From an uncultured Gammaproteobacteria bacterium (GTDB lineage: Bacteria; Patescibacteriota; Patescibacteriia; UBA10025; JAHIVO01), in NCBI GenBank assembly GCA_964592105.1, contig CAZQBL010000025.1, positions 58-64,057 on the forward strand: a stretch of 64,000 bases of DNA. Reading direction: 5' to 3'. The notes beneath the pieces are model-generated. The model did not search any database, had not been told where the DNA came from, and worked only from the letters and a program-made list of their open reading frames with translations. Positions within the stretch are counted from its first letter, which is position 1. Each line of letters opens with the position of its first letter. Below, one piece after another: positions 19,053 through 29,165 of this stretch. Both the position numbers and the translations under genes were made by a program.

Positions 19053-20640
19053 AAGACTTGTTGTCGATTATTTTGAAAACTGGATTAGTATCAGACTCAT
19101 TGGTCTTGTTTCCGGAATCGTTGATAATGGCCGTGGCTGGAACAGCAGGCACATCTTGAATCAGTCCGATATACAAGTTATCGTCATTTTTATTATAACA
19201 TTTATTTATGTCACAAAAAACGAACTTATCGAAGCTGACAACGTTTTCCCAATCATCATCTCGGTACTGCCGCACGACCCTAGTCTTTTGAAATTCGCCA
19301 GGATCATAAGCCAAATAAAAAAGCAGATAAATATACGATTCATTGATTTGATCGGTCATATAAACAGTTGCGAATTTATCAGAGTTTTTTTCTATATAAC
19401 CGACCACCGTTTTAATATTATGATAATGGTGAACCCCGCCCTGAACTTTATCTGGGTACTTCTCGTATTGGGAGGCGAGGGCTGGGGCATAAACAAAAAA
19501 AACCAACACGACAAGTGCCGCTAGCAGAAATTTTAAATAGACCGGCGGCAAGGCGACTTTTGGCCTTAACCACTGCGCCAAAGTATAAAGGCCATATCCG
19601 GAAAAAAGCGGAATGACGGACAGACAAAAAGCGCCGCGCAAAAGATGCAAGGGATAATCAGTTAAGGCCACCGGTAGTGGCATAATAAAAAAAAGAAACA
19701 ACAGTAGTTGGTAGTGCTCTTCTCTTCTTTTCCGTAAAACCAGCAGCAAACCGCGCATGGCCAAAAACGCCTCTACCACTAATGCCAAGAAGACTAAAAC
19801 TAGAGCGATAAAAGTTATATACAAATAATAAGTGGAAACAACTTCCAACAAACCACGCCAACCACCATGGAGGGCTGAAACCTGATTAAATCTACCCTGT
19901 AGCCTGGTCCACTGGGTCAGCTGCAAATAGATAAATGGAGCGACGATCAATAATAGAATTAACCAGAAAGATAAGAAATACTTACTTATCGAATTAAACT
20001 TTTTTCGATAAACAAAAACTAAACCGATTAATATCAATGGCAACAATAGTTTTGTTATTGAATAACCGTACAAAGACAAGCCTAATGGTATAGCGCTTAA
20101 GACCACATGCCCGGGCCGCTGCTTGAGACCGGCCACAAACAAAAACAATCCCAAACTCAACAAAAAAGGAACCATGATGGCTTCGTGGCCCGCCCGACTT
20201 AACATCACGTGCCAGGGGGATATGGCCAGCAATAAAGCTGATAGCAATCCTATATTTTTGTTGTTGAAAATTTCTTTCGACAGACAATATGTTATCAAAA
20301 CCGTCAGCACGCCAAAAATCGCGGCTGGTAGTCGCGTCGAAAATTCATTAAGTCCAAACAATGCAACCGCGGGAATATCGGCGTAAATATACATAGAAAA
20401 ACGGTTATCAACACGATCACTGAAACCTTCAAAATATAAAGGCCAAACATTTCCGCGATGGTCCTTGCCTGTTTTTAACAAAGAATAAGCTTCGTAGCCA
20501 GTCAGCGCTTCATCATTATTTATCCCTTCAGGTAGACTACCCAAAAAAGCGAAGCGTAAAATTGTAGCCAGGATCATAATCGCCAAAAGCGGCCACATTG
20601 TTTTTTTATTTCTTTGAATTCCATCTTGGGCCGGCTCCAT
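19042..20640 (-). CDS. ArnT/PMT-family (GT39/GT83-like) glycosyltransferase
   Basis: LRF...PEGINNDEALTGYEAYSLLKTGKD; FGLNEFSTRLP; AISPWHVMLSR. Confidence 0.85.
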   Translation of the reverse strand: MEPAQDGIQRNKKTMWPLLAIMILATILRFAFLGSLPEGINNDEALTGYEAYSLLKTGKDHRGNVWPLYFEGFSDRVDNRFSMYIYADIPAVALFGLNEFSTRLPAAIFGVLTVLITYCLSKEIFNNKNIGLLSALLLAISPWHVMLSRAGHEAIMVPFLLSLGLFLFVAGLKQRPGHVVLSAIPLGLSLYGYSITKLLLPLILIGLVFVYRKKFNSISKYFLSFWLILLLIVAPFIYLQLTQWTRLQGRFNQVSALHGGWRGLLEVVSTYYLYITFIALVLVFLALVVEAFLAMRGLLLVLRKRREEHYQLLLFLFFIMPLPVALTDYPLHLLRGAFCLSVIPLFSGYGLYTLAQWLRPKVALPPVYLKFLLAALVVLVFFVYAPALASQYEKYPDKVQGGVHHYHNIKTVVGYIEKNSDKFATVYMTDQINESYIYLLFYLAYDPGEFQKTRVVRQYRDDDWENVVSFDKFVFCDINKCYNKNDDNLYIGLIQDVPAVPATAIINDSGNKTNESDTNPVFKIIDNKSYEE

Positions 20641-20650
20641 AATGACTAAT

Positions 20651-22069
20651 TTATTTTTTTATTTCCTCGTGATAAACACGCTCGGTATTGACCTGCCACA
20701 GATCATGTTTGGCGCCAAAAACATTTTCAACTGCCAGCATAGCTGTGTACATTGAATGATCCTGATTATTGTAACGGTGCATGCCGTTACGCCCCACTGT
20801 ATAAAAATTTGAAAAAACCGACAGTGCTTTTCTTATTACCGGCATGGCTTGTTCGTAATTATCATCATAAATCGGGTAGGTTTTCTCCATCCGCACCACA
20901 GTTCCCGCGCTCACTTCATTTTTTTTAACCAAACCTATTTTTTCCAGCTCGGCTTTGGCTAAATTAACTAAGTCCTGATCGGACATATTCCACACGGCAT
21001 CGTTTTTAAAACAAAAATACTCCAGCCCCAGGCAGGACTGATTTTTGTCGGCCACCATGTCCGGCGACCAATTTTTAAAATTTTGAATCCGCCCCAAACG
21101 TACTTCCGGCTCGTGAATGTAAATCCAGTTGTCGGGAAAAATCTCTCGACGATTGACCACCAGAGCAACAGTGATAAAATCTCGGTAATTCAGTGAATAA
21201 GCGGCCCTAATCACCTCTTCCGACAACCTTGGCGAAAATAAACCAATAAGTTCCTGAAGCGGCATACTGGAAATAATGTTGTCGGCCTCCCATAATTCCG
21301 ATTGGGAAGCGACGTCGCCTCTCAGGCGGCAACCAATAACCCTCCGGCCATCGTGAACTATTTCGACTGGCCGGGTGTTATAAATCACTCGGCCATAGCC
21401 GGATCTCTCCACTGCCTCGGCTGTTCGGCGCCACATCATACCTGGACCCAAGCGCGGATAATAAAATTCCTCAATCAAGGTTTTGATGGCATTGCCTCGG
21501 TTGCCCAGCAGAGCGGTTTTTAAAAGAGTAACAAAAGACAACCCTTTAATCCGTTGCGCCGCCCATTCGGCTTTTATTTTCGTACAGGGAATACCCCAAA
21601 CCTTTTCCGTATACGATCTAAAAAACAGGCTATATAATCGCCGGCCAAAACGATTGACGATGTAATCTTCGAAGTTTTCCTCATGCGGGGATTTTTTGAA
21701 ACGGCTGATGAAAAAACTTACACCGCAAAGCGCCGACTCCCAAAACCCCAGTTTTTTCATCACATCAAAAATCTTTATGGGATAATAAAAAAACTTCTTC
21801 CGGTAATAAATTCGCGACAACCGGGGGCGCTTCAGGAAATCTTGGCCCAGCACCTCCTGCCACATGGTCATGACGCGGGGAATTTTGGTAAAAAAACGAT
21901 GACCACCGATGTCAAAATAATTTCCGGCACTTTCCACAGTTCTGGCAATACCGCCGACCATTGAGTCTTTTTCTACGATAATGGAGTGCCGCCGTCGTTT
22001 GGCCAGTTCATAAGCCGCGGTCAAACCGGCCGGCCCCGCTCCAATAATCAATGTTTGCGTTTTAGGCAT
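20651..22069 (-). CDS. FAD-dependent oxidoreductase (UDP-galactopyranose mutase/protoporphyrinogen oxidase-like family)
   Basis: IIGAGPAGL, VGGIART, DIGGHRFFTK, YTEKVWG, GRNGMHRYNNQDHS. Confidence 0.8.
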   Translation of the reverse strand: MPKTQTLIIGAGPAGLTAAYELAKRRRHSIIVEKDSMVGGIARTVESAGNYFDIGGHRFFTKIPRVMTMWQEVLGQDFLKRPRLSRIYYRKKFFYYPIKIFDVMKKLGFWESALCGVSFFISRFKKSPHEENFEDYIVNRFGRRLYSLFFRSYTEKVWGIPCTKIKAEWAAQRIKGLSFVTLLKTALLGNRGNAIKTLIEEFYYPRLGPGMMWRRTAEAVERSGYGRVIYNTRPVEIVHDGRRVIGCRLRGDVASQSELWEADNIISSMPLQELIGLFSPRLSEEVIRAAYSLNYRDFITVALVVNRREIFPDNWIYIHEPEVRLGRIQNFKNWSPDMVADKNQSCLGLEYFCFKNDAVWNMSDQDLVNLAKAELEKIGLVKKNEVSAGTVVRMEKTYPIYDDNYEQAMPVIRKALSVFSNFYTVGRNGMHRYNNQDHSMYTAMLAVENVFGAKHDLWQVNTERVYHEEIKK

Positions 22070-22082
22070 TACTAAAAAATTT

Positions 22083-22493
22083 TTAATGTTTAAAGGCAAA
22101 TTTTCTCCTGGCCAAAAAATTCCAGATAAGCACCAAACCCACACTGATAATTTTAGCAGCCATGTACCAGATCCCTAATAAATCAACAAAAAAATACAGG
22201 AAAAACTCGTTTAAGGCTAGTCCAATTATACCAATAATCGCGAATATTATAAATTCGCGGCTCGGCGAATAAACACTCTGAAAAACCCAGGCCCGACTCA
22301 ATAAATAATTAATTATCAGGCCGGCGATGAAGGCCGCTACGGCGGAAATCAAATAGTGAAACCCAACCCAGTCGGTGAGGGCGAATAGTAAAAATATGTC
22401 CACCGCGGCAGCCAACGCCCCCACAAAAACATAGCGCACAAATTGAATTCGAAAATTATCGCTTTTCCCGACAATTATTTTCTGTAAATCCAT
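22083..22493 (-). CDS. GtrA-family lipid-linked sugar flippase
   Basis: QFVRYVFVG, NYLLSRAWVF, AKIIS...WNF; 4 TM. Confidence 0.9.
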   Translation of the reverse strand: MDLQKIIVGKSDNFRIQFVRYVFVGALAAAVDIFLLFALTDWVGFHYLISAVAAFIAGLIINYLLSRAWVFQSVYSPSREFIIFAIIGIIGLALNEFFLYFFVDLLGIWYMAAKIISVGLVLIWNFLARRKFAFKH

Positions 22494-22856
22494 CGATGTT
22501 TATTTAAAATTCAATCGTTACTAATTAATAAATCGGAACATCCTGTGGAAACAATATACTGTTCGGCAATAAGCTAATCCGTCCGATCGAGAAGATTATC
22601 GGAAATTATATATATAGGCCAATTAATTATAAACGTTATAATGATATTGGTCGAGCTCTTTTGCTAGACGGCGCCAGCGTTCTGCACTCGCCCGGAAAAA
22701 ATCTTGACGAGAAATTGTCGCCAGAGCTCGAGTTTATCATCATATTTAAAAAAAATATTCTGGGGCGGGTCCGGGCCGCTCGAAATTAAAAAAGAATAAA
22801 AATATTACTGATCAAAAAATTCGGTATTGGCCAAAAAATCAATATTCATGCCGATT

Positions 22857-24074
22857 TCAATAAAAAATATAAAACATAAACACTACTAGTGTCAGCCAAG
22901 GAACAAATTCGCTACCTTGTTTAGCAAAAACTAATATTAAAAGCGGGGCCAGCCAGATTACATACCAAGGCTGGAAATAAGAAAGCCCGAAAACCAGAAA
23001 AACCGCCAAAACCAAAAGAATTTTTAAAATTGCCGTATTCGTGTCCCAATGGCGGTGAATTAAAATAATCAAGGCATAAAAAATAATAAAAATACCCAAA
23101 AATACATTTTTAACAACAGGTAAAGCATCTGCTCCCCGGGCATAAAAGAGTAATTTGGCGGGATAAAAAAACGGTTGGCCAAAAAGCTTGGCCTGGATCA
23201 TTACGCCGCGAAAGGTTTCAAATCCCTGCCAAAACGGCAGATAGCATATGACAAACAGCAAGACACAAATACCCGTGGTCTTAAGCCAAAAAACCGACAA
23301 TTGTTTTTCTTTTTGACCCACGGCTATCCATAAAATAAAAATCGGCAACAAAATAATCGCAACATATTTAACTAAAACAGCCAAAGCCAAAGCCGGCAAG
23401 GCCCATAACTTTTTATTTTTAACCATCAGACCAACGGCTAATAAAATGAAAAAGGCCACCATGATGTCGTTATGTCCGTTGTTGGCCACCTCAAAAATCA
23501 ACCAGGGATTCCAGGCCATGAGAAAAAGCCCATTTTTTTTGGATTCCGGCGCCATTACCTCTAATATCAACGATAAAATAAAAACACAGCCGATCCCGAA
23601 AGCAACGGCCAACAGTTTAAACAAAATCGCGCTGGCGAATATATTTGTCCCCGCCAGAATGCCGATTGGCACGACCATCAGCAACCACAGCGGACCATAG
23701 GTTAGTGGCAAGGTCCGCCAGGGCTCGCCAATACGGTTGTAAAAAATATCAGCAGAAAAACTATCCGGGGACACGATATAAGGATTGGCGTGATAAATGC
23801 CGACAATTCTGCTCATCATGGCGTAATTACTAATGTCAGACGAACCGCGTGATGGAAAAAAAACGCAGGTCAAAACGAAAAATAAACTGAAAAAAAACAA
23901 TATTCGGCCACTGACAGTATTTTTCTTGAATATCAAATAAGAAAATAAAAAAACTAAACCAATTCCCAAAACAAAAATTATGCGCCACAGAAGGTTTCCG
24001 TAAAAACCAAGTAAAAGCATAAATAAAATTTCCATCGCGACACCCGCCAGGATAATTTTTTTCCCGTTGCTCAT
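22857..24074 (-). CDS. GT-C alpha-mannosyltransferase-like protein (MptA/MptB/GT87-like)
   Basis: SSDISNY, HANPY, TYGPLW, WNPW..FEVANNGHND, LVKY, FQPWY. Confidence 0.8.
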   Translation of the reverse strand: MSNGKKIILAGVAMEILFMLLLGFYGNLLWRIIFVLGIGLVFLFSYLIFKKNTVSGRILFFFSLFFVLTCVFFPSRGSSDISNYAMMSRIVGIYHANPYIVSPDSFSADIFYNRIGEPWRTLPLTYGPLWLLMVVPIGILAGTNIFASAILFKLLAVAFGIGCVFILSLILEVMAPESKKNGLFLMAWNPWLIFEVANNGHNDIMVAFFILLAVGLMVKNKKLWALPALALAVLVKYVAIILLPIFILWIAVGQKEKQLSVFWLKTTGICVLLFVICYLPFWQGFETFRGVMIQAKLFGQPFFYPAKLLFYARGADALPVVKNVFLGIFIIFYALIILIHRHWDTNTAILKILLVLAVFLVFGLSYFQPWYVIWLAPLLILVFAKQGSEFVPWLTLVVFMFYIFY

Positions 24075-25693
24075 GGTAAAACCTTATAAATGCTAATGTC
24101 GTTTTCGGAAAAAACCCGCCGCAGGTATTTTTTTGTTGACGGATCATAATGCCCCGCCGCTTTTTCATATCTGCCCCAGAAAACGTAGGTTATGTTATTC
24201 TGCTTCAAAAACTCCAGCTTCTCGGCCGATTGATTGTCGTCTTTCCAAAACCAATCGCTTTGCTCAAGTTTTTTCTCTAAATCGGCGGTCTGGGGCCATT
24301 GTCCCAGCCAAACCACGCGCCCCGAATAAGCTGGAATGAAATTTCCCGTGTTAAAAGCCGAAAAAATCACATCATTCAAATCCGTATTATTTTTCAGCCA
24401 GACCATGGCTTTCATTTCACTGATGGTCAAATAATATGGCGCGGTCTTCTCCTTTTGATAAAGATAAATATCCTGCCCCAAAATCTGAATATTAGAAAGC
24501 GGCAGAAAAATAAGCAAAACAGCGCCTAGGGCCATTTGGCCATAAGAAAGCGACGCCGTCTTTCTTCGCCAACGATCGAACAAATAAAAAACTCCCGCAG
24601 CCGCTAAAATACTAATCGAAAAATGGAGTCCTTCGGAAAGTCGTCTTTGAAAAGCCAATGGCGCATACACTAGCATGGCCGAAGTAAAAAACCAGGCCAC
24701 AGGAAAAAACCATCTGGCTGACAACTGACGAAACACGTGCCACAGACCGACCATGGCTAAAATCAAAAGCAGACCGTATCCTATTACATACATCCAAACA
24801 TCGGGCGAAGGCAGGATGTTTTGACTGTTCCACCTGCTGATAACCCAGTCACGTCTGTTTATCAGATACAAATACAAAAAAGCCGGTAACGGCATAAAAA
24901 CGAGCCATAAGGAATTACGGACATAGCTCCAGACAACCCTCCTCTGCCACAAAAACAGTATCAGCAGATAAACCGCCAAAACGGCATAAACAGTCACAAT
25001 ATTAAAAGGATGAAACCAGACCAGAAAAAAACAAGCCAGTCCGGCCCAAAGGCTATATGATCTCCTACTAGATTCAAAACCTAAAAGCTGCAGCAAAAAA
25101 ATTAAAACAATCAGGGTTAGGGAGGCAATCAGATGCGGATAATGATAAAGGGTCAAGAAGGTCACGCTTTCCGCGATCCAGATGTCCGCGGGATGGTGAA
25201 GAATATTATCAATGTTGAAAAGAAAAGGATTGAAAAACAGGCCCAAGCCGGAAGAAAACAACAAAATAACTAGGGTCCAGCGGCGCCTTGACTCACCGGA
25301 GAAAAAATAACAAATCAGGAGATAAGCAGTGAAAATAAAAAATAAGATGGCAATAATTCTGGCCAAGTGCAGGGCTAATAAATTCGGCAAATTGAAAACC
25401 TTAGCGGCCCAGCCGATCACCAAATAAAATGGATTGATGTAGACCCGCGCCTGTGCTTCGGCAGTGAATAAATTCAAAAAAATACCGTGTCCCTGCTTAG
25501 CCTGCTCAATCATAGACAGATAGACGTTGGTGTCGCCCGGCGCTAGGTGATGGATGCCGGTATAAACCATATCTTCGGGCGCGGTTAAATATCCGTAAAT
25601 ATAAGGAATAGAAGTGATAACTACCGTCACTAAGGCCAACCCGAAAACAAAACGCCATTGTCTGGGACTGATAGTCTTTAAAAGTTGTCGCAT
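24071..25693 (-). CDS. Multi-TM GT-C-fold protein with STT3/AglB-like C-terminal domain (paralog of 15426..17063)
   Basis: YTGIH.LAPGDTNVYLSMIEQA; MVWLKNNTDLNDVIFS...GNFIPAYSGR. Confidence 0.65.
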   Translation of the reverse strand: MRQLLKTISPRQWRFVFGLALVTVVITSIPYIYGYLTAPEDMVYTGIHHLAPGDTNVYLSMIEQAKQGHGIFLNLFTAEAQARVYINPFYLVIGWAAKVFNLPNLLALHLARIIAILFFIFTAYLLICYFFSGESRRRWTLVILLFSSGLGLFFNPFLFNIDNILHHPADIWIAESVTFLTLYHYPHLIASLTLIVLIFLLQLLGFESSRRSYSLWAGLACFFLVWFHPFNIVTVYAVLAVYLLILFLWQRRVVWSYVRNSLWLVFMPLPAFLYLYLINRRDWVISRWNSQNILPSPDVWMYVIGYGLLLILAMVGLWHVFRQLSARWFFPVAWFFTSAMLVYAPLAFQRRLSEGLHFSISILAAAGVFYLFDRWRRKTASLSYGQMALGAVLLIFLPLSNIQILGQDIYLYQKEKTAPYYLTISEMKAMVWLKNNTDLNDVIFSAFNTGNFIPAYSGRVVWLGQWPQTADLEKKLEQSDWFWKDDNQSAEKLEFLKQNNITYVFWGRYEKAAGHYDPSTKKYLRRVFSENDISIYKVLP

Positions 25694-25761
25694 ACTGGAA
25701 TTATAGATTATTTATTCCAAAAACTCTATAATTTAAGCGTGAATCATAGACCAATAATCAC

Positions 25762-26206
25762 ATGCCAAGAAATTACTCCAAGAAAATAAACTTATCATAC
25801 TAGCCGGACTGGCTTTTGTAGTCAGCGAGCCGTTTTACGTCTTGGCTATCTCACTCTGGCAAAACCACGATGAATTAGAACACTACGCCTATGCTCATTA
25901 TCTTTATCTGGTCGAACAACGAGCATGGCCGCCTTATCGAGCTGCTCATGATTGATTAAAGACAGGCATCCGGAAGGAAAGCTGCTTATCGACAACAAAG
26001 AATACAATGAAAATCTGATTTTTTACTTCAGTTATTACCAAAAAAAACCAAGCCGAACTTTTATTGAACCGACTCAGTGCTTATAAACCATGGTTTTTCG
26101 GACACCCAGTTGGATTTCTGATATTATTCTTGTCCTACCTAGTGATTATCACCGGGCTGGCCTGGGCCCTGGTCAAAAATAACCAGGGTGATGACGAGAA
26201 GCATTA
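25762..26206 (+). pseudogene. Remnant of a DUF2142-like GT-C gene
   Basis: LWQNHDELEHYAYAHYL resembles the PDE..H..Y motif; stops follow, then a C-terminal TM fragment. Confidence 0.45.
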
Positions 26207-27445
26207 AACCGCGAGTCTGGTCAGACCGGCCTTTCGTCTAAAATTTTCCCTCCAAATTTTTTCACCAATCAAGTAAATAATCACGACCAAAATAATGGTC
26301 CGACCCAGAACCACCATTTCAAATCCCGGGGCGTAGGGACTTAACAGATCCCAGGCCACAGGAAACTGCAGATAACTGAAAATATCATAAGCCACCCACC
26401 ATAAGGCCTGACGCCAGCTGTTGACTATTAAGACGAAAAATGGTAATAGCCAAATAAGCCATTGGGGTGAATAATACACTCCCCAGAAAACATAAACCAA
26501 GAGGACCAAACCAGACCAACGAATGACATCAATTGGCGTTTTTATATATTTTTTAAAAACATCATAACCGGCAAATATCAAAATCGGTAGAAGTAATTGT
26601 AGTAGAGAAAATATCTTAACGGCTAAAGAGGCTCCGACATTAAAAATCTCCTCCGGCAAAAAACCGGACAATGCCTGATAAAAAATAACAAGAAACGAAC
26701 CATAACCAAAAAACCTTAATGACTGATAGGCATAGGGAAACAAGCCGTTTTCCAGTCCGGCTACCAGACAAACCAAGCCAGTAACCAGCAAAACCGGCAC
26801 CAGAAAAAACAATAGTGGCCCACTGAACGTCTTTATTAGCGGCCCTTTTCCTTGTTGATTCAAATAAAAAACAAACCAGATCGGAAAAAGAACCAGGGCA
26901 TAGCCTTTAGTTAAAAATAATAAACTTAACAAAAAAAACGACCAACTCCATTTTTTTTTAATCAGCAATAACAAGCTTAACATGGATAAAAACGCAGGCA
27001 AGACATCAAATCTGTTTACGGCAAAATACAAAAAAGCCGGCAATGCAAAAAGCCATGTCCATCTGTTTTGGCCACCGAAGTCTTTCATCAAATAAAAAGT
27101 CATGGCAATAACCGCCAGGGCCACTATGGCATTCAAGATAATAAGCAATGCGCTGTAAACATTGAGCTGGTCGGTAAACAGGGCGGGTATGGTCAGGTAT
27201 AAAATAGCCAGAGGCGGATAGCTAAGATGTGTATCCTGATAAGGTAGCTGACCTCGGTGATAATATCCCGCCATATCAAAAAAAGCCCTTGCTTCCTGAT
27301 CATCACGGAAAAGCCGCAAGCCGCCGTTTTGATTATCTATAAACAGTTTTGACGGCGCCGAAACCACCATAACCACAACCACGGTCAACAAGCAAATAAA
27401 AAGCCAATAGCTTCTCGGAATTGATTGTATCTGGTTAAACGCCAT
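26204..27445 (-). CDS. GT87/DUF2029-like membrane glycosyltransferase
   Basis: LPYQD...SYPPLA, NRFDVLP, TKGY, YSPQWLIWLLP. Confidence 0.8.
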   Translation of the reverse strand: MAFNQIQSIPRSYWLFICLLTVVVVMVVSAPSKLFIDNQNGGLRLFRDDQEARAFFDMAGYYHRGQLPYQDTHLSYPPLAILYLTIPALFTDQLNVYSALLIILNAIVALAVIAMTFYLMKDFGGQNRWTWLFALPAFLYFAVNRFDVLPAFLSMLSLLLLIKKKWSWSFFLLSLLFLTKGYALVLFPIWFVFYLNQQGKGPLIKTFSGPLLFFLVPVLLVTGLVCLVAGLENGLFPYAYQSLRFFGYGSFLVIFYQALSGFLPEEIFNVGASLAVKIFSLLQLLLPILIFAGYDVFKKYIKTPIDVIRWSGLVLLVYVFWGVYYSPQWLIWLLPFFVLIVNSWRQALWWVAYDIFSYLQFPVAWDLLSPYAPGFEMVVLGRTIILVVIIYLIGEKIWRENFRRKAGLTRLAV

Positions 27446-27458
27446 ATGCTCTACCTAA

Positions 27459-29030
27459 CTATAAAACGCGATAAACAGTGGCCTCACCGTCAGCGTAAAC
27501 CTCCTGAAAACCCTGACTATTTCTAATATTATTATTCAAACCCGTGTGGTTTTTTTCCACGAAAACAAAAGACGACTTAAATGTATTTTTTATGTCCTCA
27601 TGAAGGTTGTCGGTCTGCTGGCCAGTAGTTATATCCACAATCTTCTGATGCAATTCATGGCTTAATTCGTAGGAAAAGGTAGGGTCCAGGCCAAAGATGT
27701 AATAATCTTTGGAGTTGAAATAAAACAGCATCGGAAATTCATCCCAGCTGGAGTGAAAAACAATATCTCCGGGCCGAGAATTTTCATAGAGCCAAGCAGA
27801 TGCTGCAGAAAAACGGGTGATAGGAATACCGTTTTTCAAATCATTGTAAACCCCTCTTTCGTCTTTGCCGATAAGGGCGGGCACGGTTACCAAAAAGTAA
27901 ACAATTAAAATTGTGCTGACAATCCTGTGACGCAGATAAAATAAATAGAATTTTGACCACAGCTCTGACCAATTAGTCTTTTCCAAATAATGATTCAACC
28001 CCAAGGCACAAAAAATAATGGCAAAAGGCACGTAATACTCAACATATCTTTTTGACTTCAGGGTAAAAACCAGAAAAAAAACGAAAATAATCAGCGAGGT
28101 TATCGTTTTTTTGGAAAGCCGCGGCGTGCGGACAACGAACAAATAAAATAGAATCAACAGCAGGATACAGATGATGGCCGTGCCACCAAAAAGATCTTTT
28201 AAGGGATAGGGATACCATTCGTTGCCAACAGCAATGACACTTTGATAATTTATGATGCCGATCTTCACCAATTGATGCCAATAAAAAATTATATTTTGCG
28301 GAAATTGTGGATTGACTATGAGTCCGGCCACAACGCCCGCTAGCGACCACAAAAAAAGCCTGACCTCGCTGTTTTTAGTCAGTAACTGAAAAAAATTACT
28401 CCGGCGGTTTTTCACCATTTCATAAACCAAACTCACTAGGGCATAAATCCCGGAAAAAACTAAAATTAAAATAAAACCTCCATAGGCCCAAACGTAAAAA
28501 AATGACAAAATCATAAGCGCAATCCGGCGACGCCTGAACATGAATATCAGCCCCCCTAGCAAAAAAATTATGGACAAAACCGGGGCTTTAACCAGGTTTA
28601 TCCTAAAAATAAAAGGCGTGGTGGCTAAAAGTACCAGCGCGTAGGCGAAAGAAAGCTTCACTTTTTCGCTGCGCAAAAACCAGTAAAAAAGCATGACCAG
28701 GCCCGTACACAAAAAAACTGTGACCAATTTTGCTCCCGGAATTGGGCTCGTGCTATAGACAAACGGAATTAATAATACGTGATAAAGAAAATGCTGGTCA
28801 ATATAACTGTCCCGTAAAATCGTACTTTGTAACCAGGGAAACGTTTTGATAATCCCCTCCTGAGGTATAAGCATGGCCATTTTTATATGATAAAAAGAAT
28901 CCGGATCCGCAAAAGATGGTACGGCCTGAAAATAAGTAAAACAAGCAAAAGAAATCGTCAACAACAACAAGCATAGTAACATTTCTGACTTTTTCCGAAA
29001 GAAAACAAGCATGGAACTGAATAATTTCAT
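27459..29030 (-). CDS. GT-C membrane protein with oligosaccharyltransferase-like motifs
   Basis: ADPDSFYH after TM1; GNEWYP; SKRYVEY; AWLYENSRPGDIVFHSSWD. Confidence 0.6.
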   Translation of the reverse strand: MKLFSSMLVFFRKKSEMLLCLLLLTISFACFTYFQAVPSFADPDSFYHIKMAMLIPQEGIIKTFPWLQSTILRDSYIDQHFLYHVLLIPFVYSTSPIPGAKLVTVFLCTGLVMLFYWFLRSEKVKLSFAYALVLLATTPFIFRINLVKAPVLSIIFLLGGLIFMFRRRRIALMILSFFYVWAYGGFILILVFSGIYALVSLVYEMVKNRRSNFFQLLTKNSEVRLFLWSLAGVVAGLIVNPQFPQNIIFYWHQLVKIGIINYQSVIAVGNEWYPYPLKDLFGGTAIICILLLILFYLFVVRTPRLSKKTITSLIIFVFFLVFTLKSKRYVEYYVPFAIIFCALGLNHYLEKTNWSELWSKFYLFYLRHRIVSTILIVYFLVTVPALIGKDERGVYNDLKNGIPITRFSAASAWLYENSRPGDIVFHSSWDEFPMLFYFNSKDYYIFGLDPTFSYELSHELHQKIVDITTGQQTDNLHEDIKNTFKSSFVFVEKNHTGLNNNIRNSQGFQEVYADGEATVYRVL

Positions 29031-29070
29031 GACTATATTATATCAGGAATGAGGCATTTGTCATTTTTAA

Positions 29071-29108
29071 AAAAGCCTCCGCCAAGCATGGGGGCGGAAA
29101 CTTTTTTT
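29071..29108. terminator. Probable terminator hairpin downstream of pgi/pmi
   Basis: A-tract, tccgcc / ggcgga stem, T-tract. Confidence 0.5.
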
Positions 29109-29165
29109 ATTAATTTCAATGACACTTCTGAAAACTTATTCGGCCTAACAATTTTTTATAAATTG

